57,780 bases of DNA from positions 1 to 57,780 of the forward strand of contig JYFJ02002398.1 in NCBI GenBank assembly GCA_000934665.2. Direction: 5' to 3'. A program made the translations under genes and the position numbers. This document shows, in pieces, positions 25,275-37,568 of this stretch. How positions within the stretch are numbered: the first letter of the stretch is position 1; the number at the start of each line of letters is the position of its first letter. The notes under the pieces are model-generated. The model made no database searches. It was given only the letters and a program-made list of their open reading frames with translations, and was not told the DNA's origin. Origin of the DNA: Catajapyx aquilonaris (lineage: Eukaryota).

Positions 25275-25680
25275 GTTTCCTTGACTAACTTTAGACTGCA
25301 GATGATTCGATGATGCTCAGCCATCCCCTTTTATAAAGCGGATTCTCCAACCTGTTGTCTCTATTTTTTGTGTCCATTTTTTAAAGCTTTATCAAGGAGG
25401 AGAATTATGACTAAGAGTTTTCCCCCGAAGGAGCTGGATTGTTCTTAGGAAAGAACCAGATTCATGACGCAAGGTCCGCGCGTCATTAAACCTGCTGCCT
25501 CGTTTAACAACCTTGCTCAACGAGATGAAGGTGACGATAATGATCCTTGGTTTGGTCTAAAGCGGAATTGTTGTGTAGGAAGTGTAAATTTTTTTTAAAC
25601 TTAAAATTTATTGTCATCTTTTGTTCACATTTTGTAACGATGACCTATAGAAAACACTCATATGGTCACATATGATTTGT

Positions 25681-26810
25681 TTATAAAGCTTCTAGTTCTG
25701 GAGGTTCGACGCCGTCGTTGTATTGTTGAAGAAGCTGTGTGTATTGCTCGGGCATCTTGTACTTCATAGTCTTGGCTAATTTTATTACTTTGCCACGTTG
25801 CTTTGAAGTGCAGCTTCTACATTGGTCCGTCAGACCAACCTCGACCAGAGCTGAAAAATTTGCGATTTTTTTTAAAATACACGTGATGAAAATTCAGCAC
25901 TTGCACTGAATTGCATGCATAAATTTTTAACAAATATAAATGATGACAGACTTAATTTGAGTAATTTCTATTGCAAATATTTCTGCATTTAAAGGCTATG
26001 TATGACGAAGCGTTTAATAAACGCCTCGTCATACACAGCCTAACGCAAAACCATACAGTGTAATTATTTTTTAAAAACTTATATAAGCTCAAAAGTTTCC
26101 ACAGTGTATACGGTTTCTTTTTTAAAAAACTGCAAATGTTACAAATATCAGCGGAAGAAAAAATAACTATAAAAATTGATATTGAGCATAAAATATTTAA
26201 GTGCATTTTCAGCATATGTGCCTTAATATTTTTCGTATATAAAATATTTGCACTTTCATAAAACATGTGCAAAAGTACGTGTCATGCATGCATGTCGTTT
26301 TGATTATTTTTTTGCCATACAAAAAAAATTTATTCACATGCTGTAGTGACCTTCCTGGAATTAAAAAAGGTCGGGAAAATTTCACATTCTAACTTGAAAT
26401 TGCTTACTTAATATTTCGCAACGTTCATTAAATTGTTAATTTTAAAAAAAATGTTCTCGATGGCTTACCATCTGTTGCATTATGTTTTCGATTAATTTTT
26501 AATTTATTTTAGTGTTTAGAAATATTTTTAAGTGTTAGTAGCCTACTTGAACAATCAGCAACTTACCATGGATTTTCTCAGCAATCTCATCATCTTGGCA
26601 AGGATCCGTTTCATACCTCAGGAAGCACTCGACATGCTTCTTAAGTCCTTCCACGTCCTTGATCATTTCGTTGACGTCAAGTGTGTCCAAATAGTCCGCC
26701 GCCTGCTGCTGCTCAGGGGTCAGCTCGACCTTGACCCTTGCTTTCCTCTGACCCAACACGACTGTACATCCCAACAAGACAATACCGAACAAGAGAGCAG
26801 ACCTCATCAT
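25681..26810 (-). CDS. Chemosensory protein CSP-I (~137 aa; close paralogue of CSP-H)
   Basis: Exons 26810-26567 and 25850-25681. LDTLDVNEMIKD..CFLRYETDPC.. | ALVEVGLTDQCRSCTSKQRGK...YNDGVEPPELEAL*. Confidence 0.9.
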
Positions 26811-28847
26811 CTCGTTTCGTTTCCTCAACACAGTTTGTAGGGGCTTCATATACTCCTTATAAAGGCAGGAAAGCGTGGTCAGGTAACTGCAATTTTACTC
26901 TCTACGCCATAACCGTGAGAATAACAAATTTTAGAATCACACCAAATAAGTGAAAAGTGGTGTTATGAAGGGGTCATAAAAGTACCCTTGGTGGGCCAGG
27001 GTTGTAGAACTTTACATTTTTGCAATCATCCACGTCAAAGAAGTTGACCATTTTTGAGATGACGTCTTTCAGAGGAAACTATTCATTACAAGGCTAAGAT
27101 GGTGCTCAACATGAAATATGGTGTACCTTACAACCCTGACAGAAAAAAAGCATGTCAATCGAAAGAAAAAGGTGTCGTGTCCAAGGATCTGCTCTTGACC
27201 TTGTGATGTGATCGGAAAGTACCAAACTCTCATGATATCATATGAACATGCTATAGTGTTTGTAGTCCCACACATGATCATTACATGTATAATTTATTCT
27301 GACTTACACTTGTGTACACTCGCCCTAACGTGTTTTTTCCGGGAAGGATATAGCTTCTGAGAATGTGTCGTTTTATTGTTCCCACATTTTTTTTCATGTA
27401 TTTGCATTATATTTTTTAGGGTGTAAGGGAAAACCCGCATATAGGGTTGATTTATGATTATTATAGTGAATGTGACTTAACTACATGGAGTAAAACATAC
27501 TGAAGGCCATGCCATGTGAATATTGAGAAATTGTGTGACATAATACGTAAGCAAAAGTACTGGTAATGGCTGTAATTTTTGCACGGATGAGGATGCAATA
27601 ATAATGTGAGATATTGGTTTATCATGAATAAGCAACTTTTAAAAAATCGGTTAAAATCGGTTAAAAAATCGGTTACTAACTGAATATCCAATAGTTAATT
27701 GACATTTTTATACATGACAGTATAGTGAAAGCCCACGTAGCTAATATTTTCAGTTATCAGCAATAATTAGTTGAAGTTAACAAATATTTCATATTAGTCA
27801 GGTTACAAATAATTATTCATTGCTTATTATTGCTATGAAATTTTGACAATGATGAATAGCATTCTGGTTGCTGACGTAGCCCGAGATGTAAAACTGAGCC
27901 TTAAATTTTCTTGGAATGTTCATTGGTATTGCCATACAAACAAGGTGCAAAAAAATTGGAAATTTACAACTTACTGAATTATTTATTATATAATATCCAT
28001 TTGAAATATTTTAAAGCGCACCTAAATACGCGATTTTATGAACTGGTCGTATAACTACATACAAAAGTGGTACAGATCTATACTGGGCCGATTAATAGCC
28101 ATAAACGTGACAATCATAACTCATGATTATCCTGGAAGCGGCAGTGCAATTTGTAGCTCATAATCATATTCCGTATAGGACCGGATTCAGCGAAAGTGGG
28201 AAGTGAGAGTGAGGTTAAGACCGGGAAATGATTAAGTCCAGTTAGTTTACTTCTGAAAACTAGCTTTAACTCTGAGAGTCTTATCTTGATCGTCTAACGT
28301 TGTGCTACTTCACAGGTCATGTTTTCACAACATTAAAAAAAATAGTTTAAACCGTATCTGGGTAATGGATTGGAGAGATGCAGGAACGATATGTCATTTA
28401 CTGTATATGACTAGTATATAGTGTTATCAAAAAATATATATAAAAAATTGAGCTCCCTCTACCATCAGGATACATTGTGGTGTCACATCGAAGATCAGTT
28501 TGTTGCTAATGAGGAGATGGAAGATGTTGTAATGTCACTTATTCTGGAGGCGGATATGGGTGTGGTGATGATCAATCCTCTCATGTTGTGTAAATACCAG
28601 GAGGAAAATAAATGCTACTTAGGGCTGAAATAAAATTGACATATTGTCATTGTGAATGTCACTCGATTTGTCTGGAGATAGTAATGAAGTTTTTGCGAGT
28701 TATGGTACATAGTTTTTCACGTTTATGATATTGGCAAAAAAAGTTGCATCACGAAGTGATTACTTTTGAGTGACCTGATTTGGACAATATTTTCCAAAGT
28801 GATCTATAGCCTGCTTATATGTTGACAAAACTACATTACATATCTCA

Positions 28848-29582
28848 CAAGGGAAGTGTAAGTGTTGTCAGTGGAGTTTCTGAATGAAACTTGGCACAAT
28901 AATATAGGCAGGTAAGTTATTAAAGAAAATGCGAACCAGTTTGGCGGATGCCCACAAGGTCAAATGTTATGACCTGTCGAACTCACAAGGGACACTTTCC
29001 AAGATCTCACCGATTTTCTTGAAATTCGGTACATTGGTAAGCCACCCCAAGGGATGAAAAATGCACCTAACGTGACCTGCTCAAAATGACCAGGTGGCCC
29101 CTTTTTGGGGGGAAGAGGTCAACTCTTAAATGCCGAAAGCTCACCCATTTTCTTGAAATTTGGTTCATTGGTAGGCCACCCCAAGGGATGAAAAGTGCAC
29201 CTAACGTGACCTGCTCAAAATGACACGGTGACCCCTTTTTGGAGGCTACCAATGCACCGAATTTCAGGAAAATTGTTGAGTTTTTGGCATTTAAGAGTTG
29301 ACCTCTGCCTCCCAAAAAGGGGTCAACCGGGTCATTTTTGAGCAGGTCACTTTAGGTGCGTTTTTCATCCCTTGGGGTGACCTACCAATGTATACCGAAT
29401 TTCAAGAAAATCGGTAAGACCTTGGAAAGTGTCCCTTGTGAGTTCGAGAGGTCATAACTTTTGACCTTGTGAGCATTCGCCTAAATTGTTTGCATTTTCT
29501 TTAATAACTTACCTGCCTATATTATTGTGCCAAGTTTCATTCAGAAACTCAACTGACAACACTTACGCCTACACTTCCCTTG
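28848..29582. mobile_element. Non-autonomous DNA transposon (MITE/fold-back) with ~300-bp TIRs and 3-bp TSD
   Basis: Begins CAAGGGAAGTGTA and ends TACACTTCCCTTG; the arms are complementary over several hundred bp; internal ~130-bp direct duplication; TCA on both flanks (28845-28847, 29583-29585). Confidence 0.88.
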
Positions 29583-29996
29583 TCAGTATAAATTGCAGAT
29601 GTCCTATCACAATTTTTTCTGTTAAATAATAATGCTCCATTAACGCCAATCATTAATAGTGTTATCAACTGGTATCTTGGCATGATTTTGATTAATATTA
29701 CAGAAGTTCTGTGTGGACCAAGCAGCTTTAAATAAACAAGTTTCGAAATATAAACTATGACGCGGTGAAAATATTAAGCAAATTTGCATCCTGTTTTAAT
29801 ATTTCGCTATTGAGAGATGGATGTTTCAGCCATATGCACAACTGGTCATAACCCCCTAGTTAGGCTCAACACAAAAAATGACTTTATTTTTATCAGCTCA
29901 ACTATAAAATAAAAAGGACATGTTCACACAAAGCAATCACCATTCCGAAAGACCCGCACGTTGATTTGGGTATACCACGTGGACAAGTTCCATCAT

Positions 29997-30646
29997 TTAA
30001 AGGGCAGCCAACTCTGGAGGCTCCACACCACCCTCGTAGATATCAATGATCTTCTTGTATTGTTCTGGCAGGTTCCTCTTCACATAGACTGCAATTCGGA
30101 TCAGATCAGCCCTCTGCTTCCTTGGGCATCTTCGACACAGTTTCTCCAGGGCATAGGGCAAGATCGCTGTAAAATAATTAATCTATCAGTGGGAGTCAAC
30201 AAACTAATATCTGAACAAAATCATATCATTAGCGTTATTATCATAATGGTGATGCTGATCATCATCAGCAAACATCAGCATTAGATTTCTGATGATGATG
30301 AGTACAAAATGGCTGCCTTGTAAAATTTGCTGAGCAATAAAATTGCGTAACTTCTTCCAGCTGCCTGAGGCCAACAATACACCATTTTAAGTACTACCCT
30401 GTACATACTCTTAAGATGTTCAAGAATGGGTTCGTCGCACTCGATGTCTCCGACCCAGCATGACACCAAGAAGGTGGCCCTCTCCTTGTCCTTAAGCACC
30501 TCCTTGAAATCCACTTTTCCAAGCTCCTCCAAAGCTGCCCTTTGCTCAGGGGTCAAAGGGTCAGGTCTCCTCCTTCGAGACTTCTGTGCCATACCAGAAA
30601 TGGCGGCCAGAAGCACCAAACAAACGATAACTAAAGTGTACTTCAT
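29997..30646 (-). CDS. Chemosensory protein CSP-J (~135 aa)
   Basis: Exons 30646-30409 and 30166-29997. VSCWVGDIECDEPILEHLK | TILPYALEKLCRRC...YEGGVEPPELAAL*. Confidence 0.9.
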
Positions 30647-31247
30647 GATTACTATTGTCGCTTTTTGTTCCACCCCATACCCTTCTTATAGACCCAAGCT
30701 GGAATGTCGTAACGTCACGTGATACCTTCCAAACACCACCGGATTGGTTCAAAGATTGTTACCATTGAACCTACAGATATATTAACATCGCAAAAAGGTT
30801 ATTACGAAGGCTGCATGCAAAAAGTGATCTTGGAAATCAATCAGTTGGAGAAGCCAGCAGGTTTTTGTTGTTTGAAGGTTATGTAGCCTGGAGGCAACAA
30901 GGGTAACTGGTCTTATAGACAACGCAAATGGTCATGTAACATTAGTGACCTGCGTGTTAAATATGTTATTAAAAATTAATATCGTGATGTCCAACAAGAG
31001 TGTCTATCATGATAATTCTAGGAAAAATTCATGTGATATTTAGTACAGCATACTGTACTAAATATCGCATTACATCCATTACATTACATCAGGTAAGATG
31101 CAGCCTACAATAAGACATTTCATTCAAGATTAATTAAGTATGTACGATTATATATAATGCTTCTATTATTTATTATAACATATATTCATTTTAACAGAAA
31201 TCTTATTTTTGTCACAAGTTCTCAGTGCTTTTCTTATGGCTTTTCTT

Positions 31248-33195
31248 TTACAGAGCTTCCAACTCTGGTGGTTCCTCTCCATTGTTGTATTTGTCCAAGA
31301 GCTGTTGGTATCTCTCAGGGTGTTGGTACTTGATGTTCTTCGCTGTTTTCAGCAGCTTTCCACGCTCCTGGCTGGTGCAACTGCGACATCCGTCTGACTG
31401 CATGCCCACAGGGATCAGCACTAGTGAAGATGAAAAAATTTTGGTAAAGAAAACAAAAGAAGGAAAACATCAAAATATGCATGCAAATTTTGCTACTAGC
31501 TTGATGTAATCAGGCATAAATTAGTGTTGTAATTTCTCGCGAAAAATGAGATTAGGAGATGAGGCACACATACACGAAGAGCATGAACATGGTGTAATTT
31601 CTACGAAGTTGAGATTGTTTGAAGGTCAATGTAGTCTACAGCAGAAGGAGGTATAAAGACATGCAAGGATTTTTTTTTGGTATGCTAAGTACGCCAGAGG
31701 ACAGCACATGATGGAAATGTTGGCTGTAATGTAGATCAGATGCAATGTGTTTTTAAATAATCGCAAATTCGCAAAATTTGATATCAATAATGAATATGGT
31801 GTAATATCAATAGTAGGATCGAATTAATTGCTGCAAAGAAAACAGAATTCGACAAGTGATATTTGATTAATTAATATTTAAAATTGAATGATTTTATAAT
31901 AAATGTGAAAGGCTCCTCGTGGATTTTGCAAATATCTGTGATTTTCAAGAAATGCTGATTGATGTTATGGGGCAGTAGGGCTTTATCAAAAAAATTGAAC
32001 TGTGATGACATATTGTTAACAACTTATGGAAATTTCTACTTGCTAAAAACTGAGATGACTTCCAAAATTGACTCAAAATGGCAATATTATAATTTTCAAC
32101 CAAAATTTTTGGACTGACATTATGGTGTGCATAAGAGTAGTTCGAAAATATAGTATTTAACAATACTGATTCTTTTGTGGCTGTAGCACAGTGCAACAAG
32201 GTTTAATATCAAATATTTTAATATCAAATATTCCAGGCTTCCAGCCAATATTTCTGGCTTTAAACCCATTTTTACTCGTACTATCCATTGTACTGTGAAA
32301 ATCCACATTAGAAGATAATGAATGAAAAGCAGTTGTTGAAAGCTCAACATAATTATCAATAAATTTAAATTGTTGGGGTTGTTTTCTTGCATGAAACAAT
32401 CTGGGCTGCATTCATTACTCCTAATTGTTGCTTTTTGCTGGTGTTAACAGTCATACTGTCCATAACTTTTTTCTGTTCCTTCTCTTGCACCATGGACTTG
32501 TGAAGCAATGGAAATAAACATTATACTGTAGGAGACTACAGGAAATGCCAACTATTGCACAAGGATCCGTTCTTGTCCACCAGTACAGTACTGCATGTTT
32601 CCCCGTATTGTGTAAAACAATTGCATTATACCTGTATTATACCATATCCTGTACGCATATCGTACGTGTAGCAATATGTTCATTAGATGCAAAGGGTGCT
32701 TCATTCACTAAATAATTCTGTATGTGGACAAGAAATGTGCCACTGAAAATCTGTGAGGCTAACAGCACCATAGCAACTGGTTATCATGGCACAACCTGGC
32801 TACCATGGCACAACATGATTAACATGGCAGAACCTGGCCATCATGGCACAACATGATTAACATGGCACAACCAAACCTGGACAAACAAATCCTAGGTCCT
32901 ACTGGACCTGCAGCATAGATTGTTCCGAAACCTCTCTCCCAAATAACGAGTGTTCCTCACCTCTTATGGCAGCCACGACATCATCTCCTTCGCAAGTGAC
33001 TTCGTCCAGCACACATGCAATGCGACGCTCGACAATCTCCTTGTCCTTCAGCTCCTCGTTGATATCAATGTCGTCCAGTTTGGCCAAAGCATCCTTCTGC
33101 TCCTGGGTAAGCTTAGACGGCTGCTGAGGTGCCCCTTGGACCATGGAGGATCCAACCATCAGCACCACCAAAAGAGAGGCGACGGTCATCTTCAT
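31248..33195 (-). CDS. Chemosensory protein CSP-K (~135 aa)
   Basis: Exons 33195-32961 and 31420-31248. LDDIDINEELKD..IACVLDEVTC.. | VLIPVGMQSDGCRSC...YNNGEEPPELEAL*. Confidence 0.9.
32770..32890. repeat. CATGGCACAAC tandem repeat ending in CCAAACCTGGACAAACAAA
   Basis: Same terminal motif as the repeats in the CSP-B, -D and -M introns. Confidence 0.7.
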
Positions 33196-34475
33196 CTTGG
33201 CTATCCTGCTGTACTATCCAAACTAACTGTTGTGAACACATTTCTAGTCCTTTTTAAAGGTGATCTAGGCGTGCGTTATGGAGGAATATCGCATGTCTGG
33301 ACCTTTTTTCTCACGGTTATGACTCATACTGTACGTAGAACACTATAGACGGGTATTTTCTTTCGCATTATTCTCATGAGAAGACATCAACTTTGTCGTG
33401 CTGCGAATCCCAAAATAAGGGCTTCATTGCTGCTAAAATGTTCCCATGGCTCTTTTTGTGCTTTTTGGAGGGGGGAGAAAATCCTTGGCATGATATTTAT
33501 TCACGAAATTTCTGTCTTTTTTAATTTGCGGTATTCCCAGATGAGTCTTGTGTTTGTTTTCAGACAGGTATCAACCACGAATAAGCGTTTGCGTGAGGTC
33601 AGGGAGGCCATCGCCAAGGACTTAATTACAAAGAGCGTGGTTAAATTTTTATTGCGAAAAGTGGCGAATGTATACAGTGCCAATTGGCGCTTTTACAAGG
33701 ATGTGGCTCTATAATGGGATGGCATCATAATTAGCCCACAACATGCAGGAACATAAATATAACCAACAATGGCAATTTCCTTCTTTAAGTCATAGCCATA
33801 GAGGAAAAGTTTCTTTAAAAAGTTTGTAAAATATACGTATACGTAGTGCAGTATAGTTACAGTGTGGTATAAAATTATTCGGAAGACACGAAACAGATAA
33901 TTATGCAATATAGAGTCGTATTAACCTTGTTTTTGCATTAATTCAAATTATGGCAAATAATTGGCCATCTTCAGGATAGGCCTTACTTAAATACGTCTAA
34001 TGTTCTTTTCTGAGGGTCATTTATTGCAATTATAGTAAACAAGGTAATGAACCATCTCATAAAAACATTACCTTGTCGTGTTCTGAGAATCGCATTAAAC
34101 TATATGGAAGGTGACTCAGTGGAGAGGTCAGTACTTTTTATAATTTATTAATTTCGAAATAACTATAGTGATCTAGACGAAGATAAAAATATCGCATGTT
34201 AATGCGTTCTATACACGTTCGCTTCAAGGTTGTAAGTTTCCACATTATAATTATGATCACAGAAAAATAATAATTTTGCAAGAAGCCAACAACCCTCATC
34301 AACTACGTTTTGCGAATTAATTTATTTATGGAAACATACTGCACATAGTTATATCTATATAAAAATGTATTTTGAAACACTATATCGGGACAAAACCATA
34401 AATATTCTAATAAAATTATGTACATATTTACATATTTAGGTATTTATTATTAATTTATTTACAGCTGACAATAAT

Positions 34476-34982
34476 TTACAATTTCGAAATGAATGGAGGC
34501 TCCTCTCCGTTGAAGTATTGATTGATAGCTGATTGGTAGTACTCCGGATACTTATACTTGAGGCCCGTGGCCATGACTATCAGATTCCTCTTCTGGTCAT
34601 TACTACATGCAGCGCAACCATGGGCTGAAACAATGGGGAATAGCACTGGAATGGGACAGAAAATTGTTCACTACATGTTCTCCTGCAAATATCACGTGAT
34701 ATTGTCGCACTTACGTTTGATTGCGCTTCCAAATTCGTCGCATGTTCCTTGTCCAAATGTGCATCTAAACACGTCCTGAACCTTCTCATTGCTACCCACC
34801 AATTCTTCCATGTTCATGGAATCCAGTGTTGCCAGAGCCTTAACCACCAACTCTCTGTCTGGTGTCTATAATGAATAAAAAAATAACATTTAACAAAGTC
34901 ATATACAGTATATAGGTACATATACCTGGGCCAAAGTTCCAAACACTGTTCCGAAGAGCAATACGACAATTTCGGCCTTCAT
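34476..34982 (-). CDS. Chemosensory protein CSP-L (3 exons, ~125 aa)
   Basis: Exons 34982-34926 (signal peptide, phase 0), 34865-34715 and 34645-34476. FRCTFGQGTCDEFGSAIK | LLFPIVSAHGCAAC...YFNGEEPPFISKL*. Not visible in the ORF track. Confidence 0.88.
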
Positions 34983-35996
34983 GATATTTCTATACTTTCC
35001 TCACAATAATAATACTAGCTCGTTTCTATTGCGACACGAACGTTGAATAGAGCAGGTCACTCATTCAGACTGATGGAAAAAAATAGTGTCACCTTCCTAT
35101 GATGACGTGAATGCAGCTCGTATATACACGTCTATAAGGAGAAAGGCTATTCAATTGCATTTTGTTCTATTAATAGAACAGATAAGATATCTAGAGTAGG
35201 AAGGAGTTGCCTGCTGTACTATCAATGTGCAGTGTTGCCAGACATGTAAATAGTGTAATTAAGAACCGTAATTCAGAGCCATTAAAGTAACAGTTGATTG
35301 ATTTTAAGATATGAGGATATGAATATTGTAAGCCGGATGTACAGTACTTGGAATGAATTTCTAGTACAAGACTGTACTCTATCATAAAAATGACTTGACG
35401 ATATTAGTTTAGGCCAGAAAATTATTTTTTCGCACTAAAATATCGTAAAGTAGTTATTTTTGTACAGCTACTTTTAGAGGTTTAAAACAAATTGGTTGAT
35501 AATAACAGGGTTTCAATACATCTCAGGTAACAGTAGCCTATAGACCAAGCAAGTCATGTGTAATGTTTTCAGTCCAAAATTCATCTGAATTCATGCATAA
35601 TATGTTAGGCTCAAACCCCAAACCTAGTTTTGGTCGTTTTCAAAACAGTCATGACTAGGTCTGGTCGTTCCTTCTTTTTATTTTTATTTATTTTTATTTA
35701 TATTTTTTTCCATACACCGCACCGGGATGAACCAATGCTGGATATGTAGGTGATGGGGTGATCGATGGAGCCATTTTTGTTGGTGTGGTTGTGGGGTTTA
35801 AGCGTGACTGCAACAGGCTTGTCCTTTGTTGTGGCCCTGCCGAGAACAGTTTGTCGCATTGCCCGGTAATATCCGTCTTTGTGCGCCGCAGGCCAACGTA
35901 TGTTATTGTGGCTTTGCCAAGCACATTCCAGCGATTGGCGATTGGCTAAGCCACAATAACGTTCGTTAGCCTGCAGCACCCAAAAACGGACAGTAC

Positions 35997-36062
35997 GGGC
36001 GGATACACAAGTTGCTTCACTCGCGTTGATCAACGCGAGTGAAGCAACTTGTGTATCCGCCC
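35997..36062. repeat. Perfect 66-bp palindrome with no spacer
   Basis: GGGCGGATACACAAGTTGCTTCACTCGCGTTGA|TCAACGCGAGTGAAGCAACTTGTGTATCCGCCC. Confidence 0.95.
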
Positions 36063-36248
36063 AACAATATTGGAATATTAAATTTAATATTTATTGGTGC
36101 ACATAGTAACAAGACAGTCGATTGGCTCGAAGCTTACGTCGTGCCAATAAGGGGCGAAACAATTGGCTGCATTTTATTGCAACATTTATTTTGAAACACG
36201 CATATTCATATGGCAATAATCACAATGTCGGTCGGTAGAACATTGTTT

Positions 36249-37568
36249 TTACAGGTTCTTGAGTATTTCAGGCTCGTTTCCGTTGAAGAAGTGGTTAAGA
36301 ACCGCGGTGTATTGCTCTGGATAATCATGCTTGAGGGAAGAGGCGATGTTGATCAACTTCTCCTTCTGCTCAGGGGTGCAGACGGGGCAACCAACGGTGG
36401 CAACAATGGGGAATAGAACTGGAAAAAAGAGGAAATGTTACAGTTGACATGTGACCCATCTTATGATCGTGTCCCCAGCAGTGACGACCCACCCTTGACT
36501 CCATTTCCGAATTCGTCGCATGGTCCTTGGTCCACGGCACATTTGTACACGGCCGCTGCTTTGTCCTTGTTGGCCAACACATCTGCTGGGTTGATAGTGT
36601 CCAGCTTCTCTAAGGCCTTCTGGACCAGCATTGGATTCGGAGGCTGGTGACGAAAAGAGATAGTTTAGTACAAGGATGTTTCATAACTCTTTAAGTATAG
36701 GGTGTATTTACCGCATATCTATTACTAATCTTGTAGTATAAAAGGACATGTTTGTTTGTTTGCTTGTGTGTCCTGGTTCGGTTGCCATGGCAACCAATAC
36801 TGGACAGACAAGTACTTGTAGTGTAAAAGGCAAACATTTGTTTGTTTGCTTGTGTGTCCTGGTTTGGTTGCCATGTCAACTCATTCCCATGTCAACCCGT
36901 CGCCATGTCAATAACCAATCCTGGACAAACAATATACTATTGCTTGTAGTGTGAAAGGCAAAGTTTGTTAGTTTGATTGTTTGTCCATGATTAGTTGCCA
37001 TGGCTACCCGTTGCCAGGTCAACCAATCCTGGACAAACAATATTACTTGTAGTGTAAAAGGCAAACATTAATTTTGTTTGTTTACTTGTGTGTCATTGTT
37101 TGGTTGCCATGTCAACTCATTGCCATGTCGACCCGTCGCCATGTCAACCAATCTTGGACAAACAATTACGTAGTAGTGTAAAAGGCAAAGTTTGTTTGTT
37201 TTCTTGTGTGTCCTGGTTTGGTTGCCAGGTCAACCCGTCGCCATGGCAACCAAACCTGGACAAACAAGCAACTACGGTGTACTGTCATGTACTATGGGGC
37301 TCATATTGTTTTATCCTGGTCTTGAAGCAACTCTTCGCACACAAACACCTGCTCAACGTGGGGCCTGTGGGAAGGGCTGCTTCAAGACCAGGATACAGTG
37401 GCAAAAAGCAATTTGAGCCCCATAGTACATTGTTGCATCATGCTTTTATATTATGAATGAGATGAACGGTAATAATCGAGACACTTTCTTGATCACATCA
37501 ACAATGTTACTTACATCAGCAATACATGCCACGACTCCTAGGATCAGAACAGCGAGGATGGTCTTCAT
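36249..37568 (-). CDS. Chemosensory protein CSP-M (3 exons, ~124 aa; paralogue of CSP-L)
   Basis: Exons 37568-37515, 36643-36493 and 36418-36249. LDTINPADVLANKD..YKCAVDQGPCDEFGNGVK | VLFPIVATVGCPVC...FFNGNEPEILKNL*. Confidence 0.9.
36730..37272. repeat. Tandem array of ~90-125-bp self-complementary units containing GTTGCCATGGCAAC
   Basis: Unit TAGTGTAAAAGGCAAAC..TTTGTTTG..TGTCCTGGTTTGGTTGCCATG...CCAATCCTGGACAAAC repeated about five times in CSP-M intron 1. Confidence 0.85.
37289..37430. mobile_element. Short MITE-like element
   Basis: Terminal inverted repeats ATGTACTATGGGGCTCA(T)ATTG / CAAT(T)TGAGCCCCATAGTACAT. Confidence 0.65.

Noticed and set aside
28421..28633. Possible additional CSP exon in the long gap between CSP-I and CSP-J
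   Set aside because: An acceptor-like site is present but all minus-strand frames stop early and there is no CSP cysteine motif.
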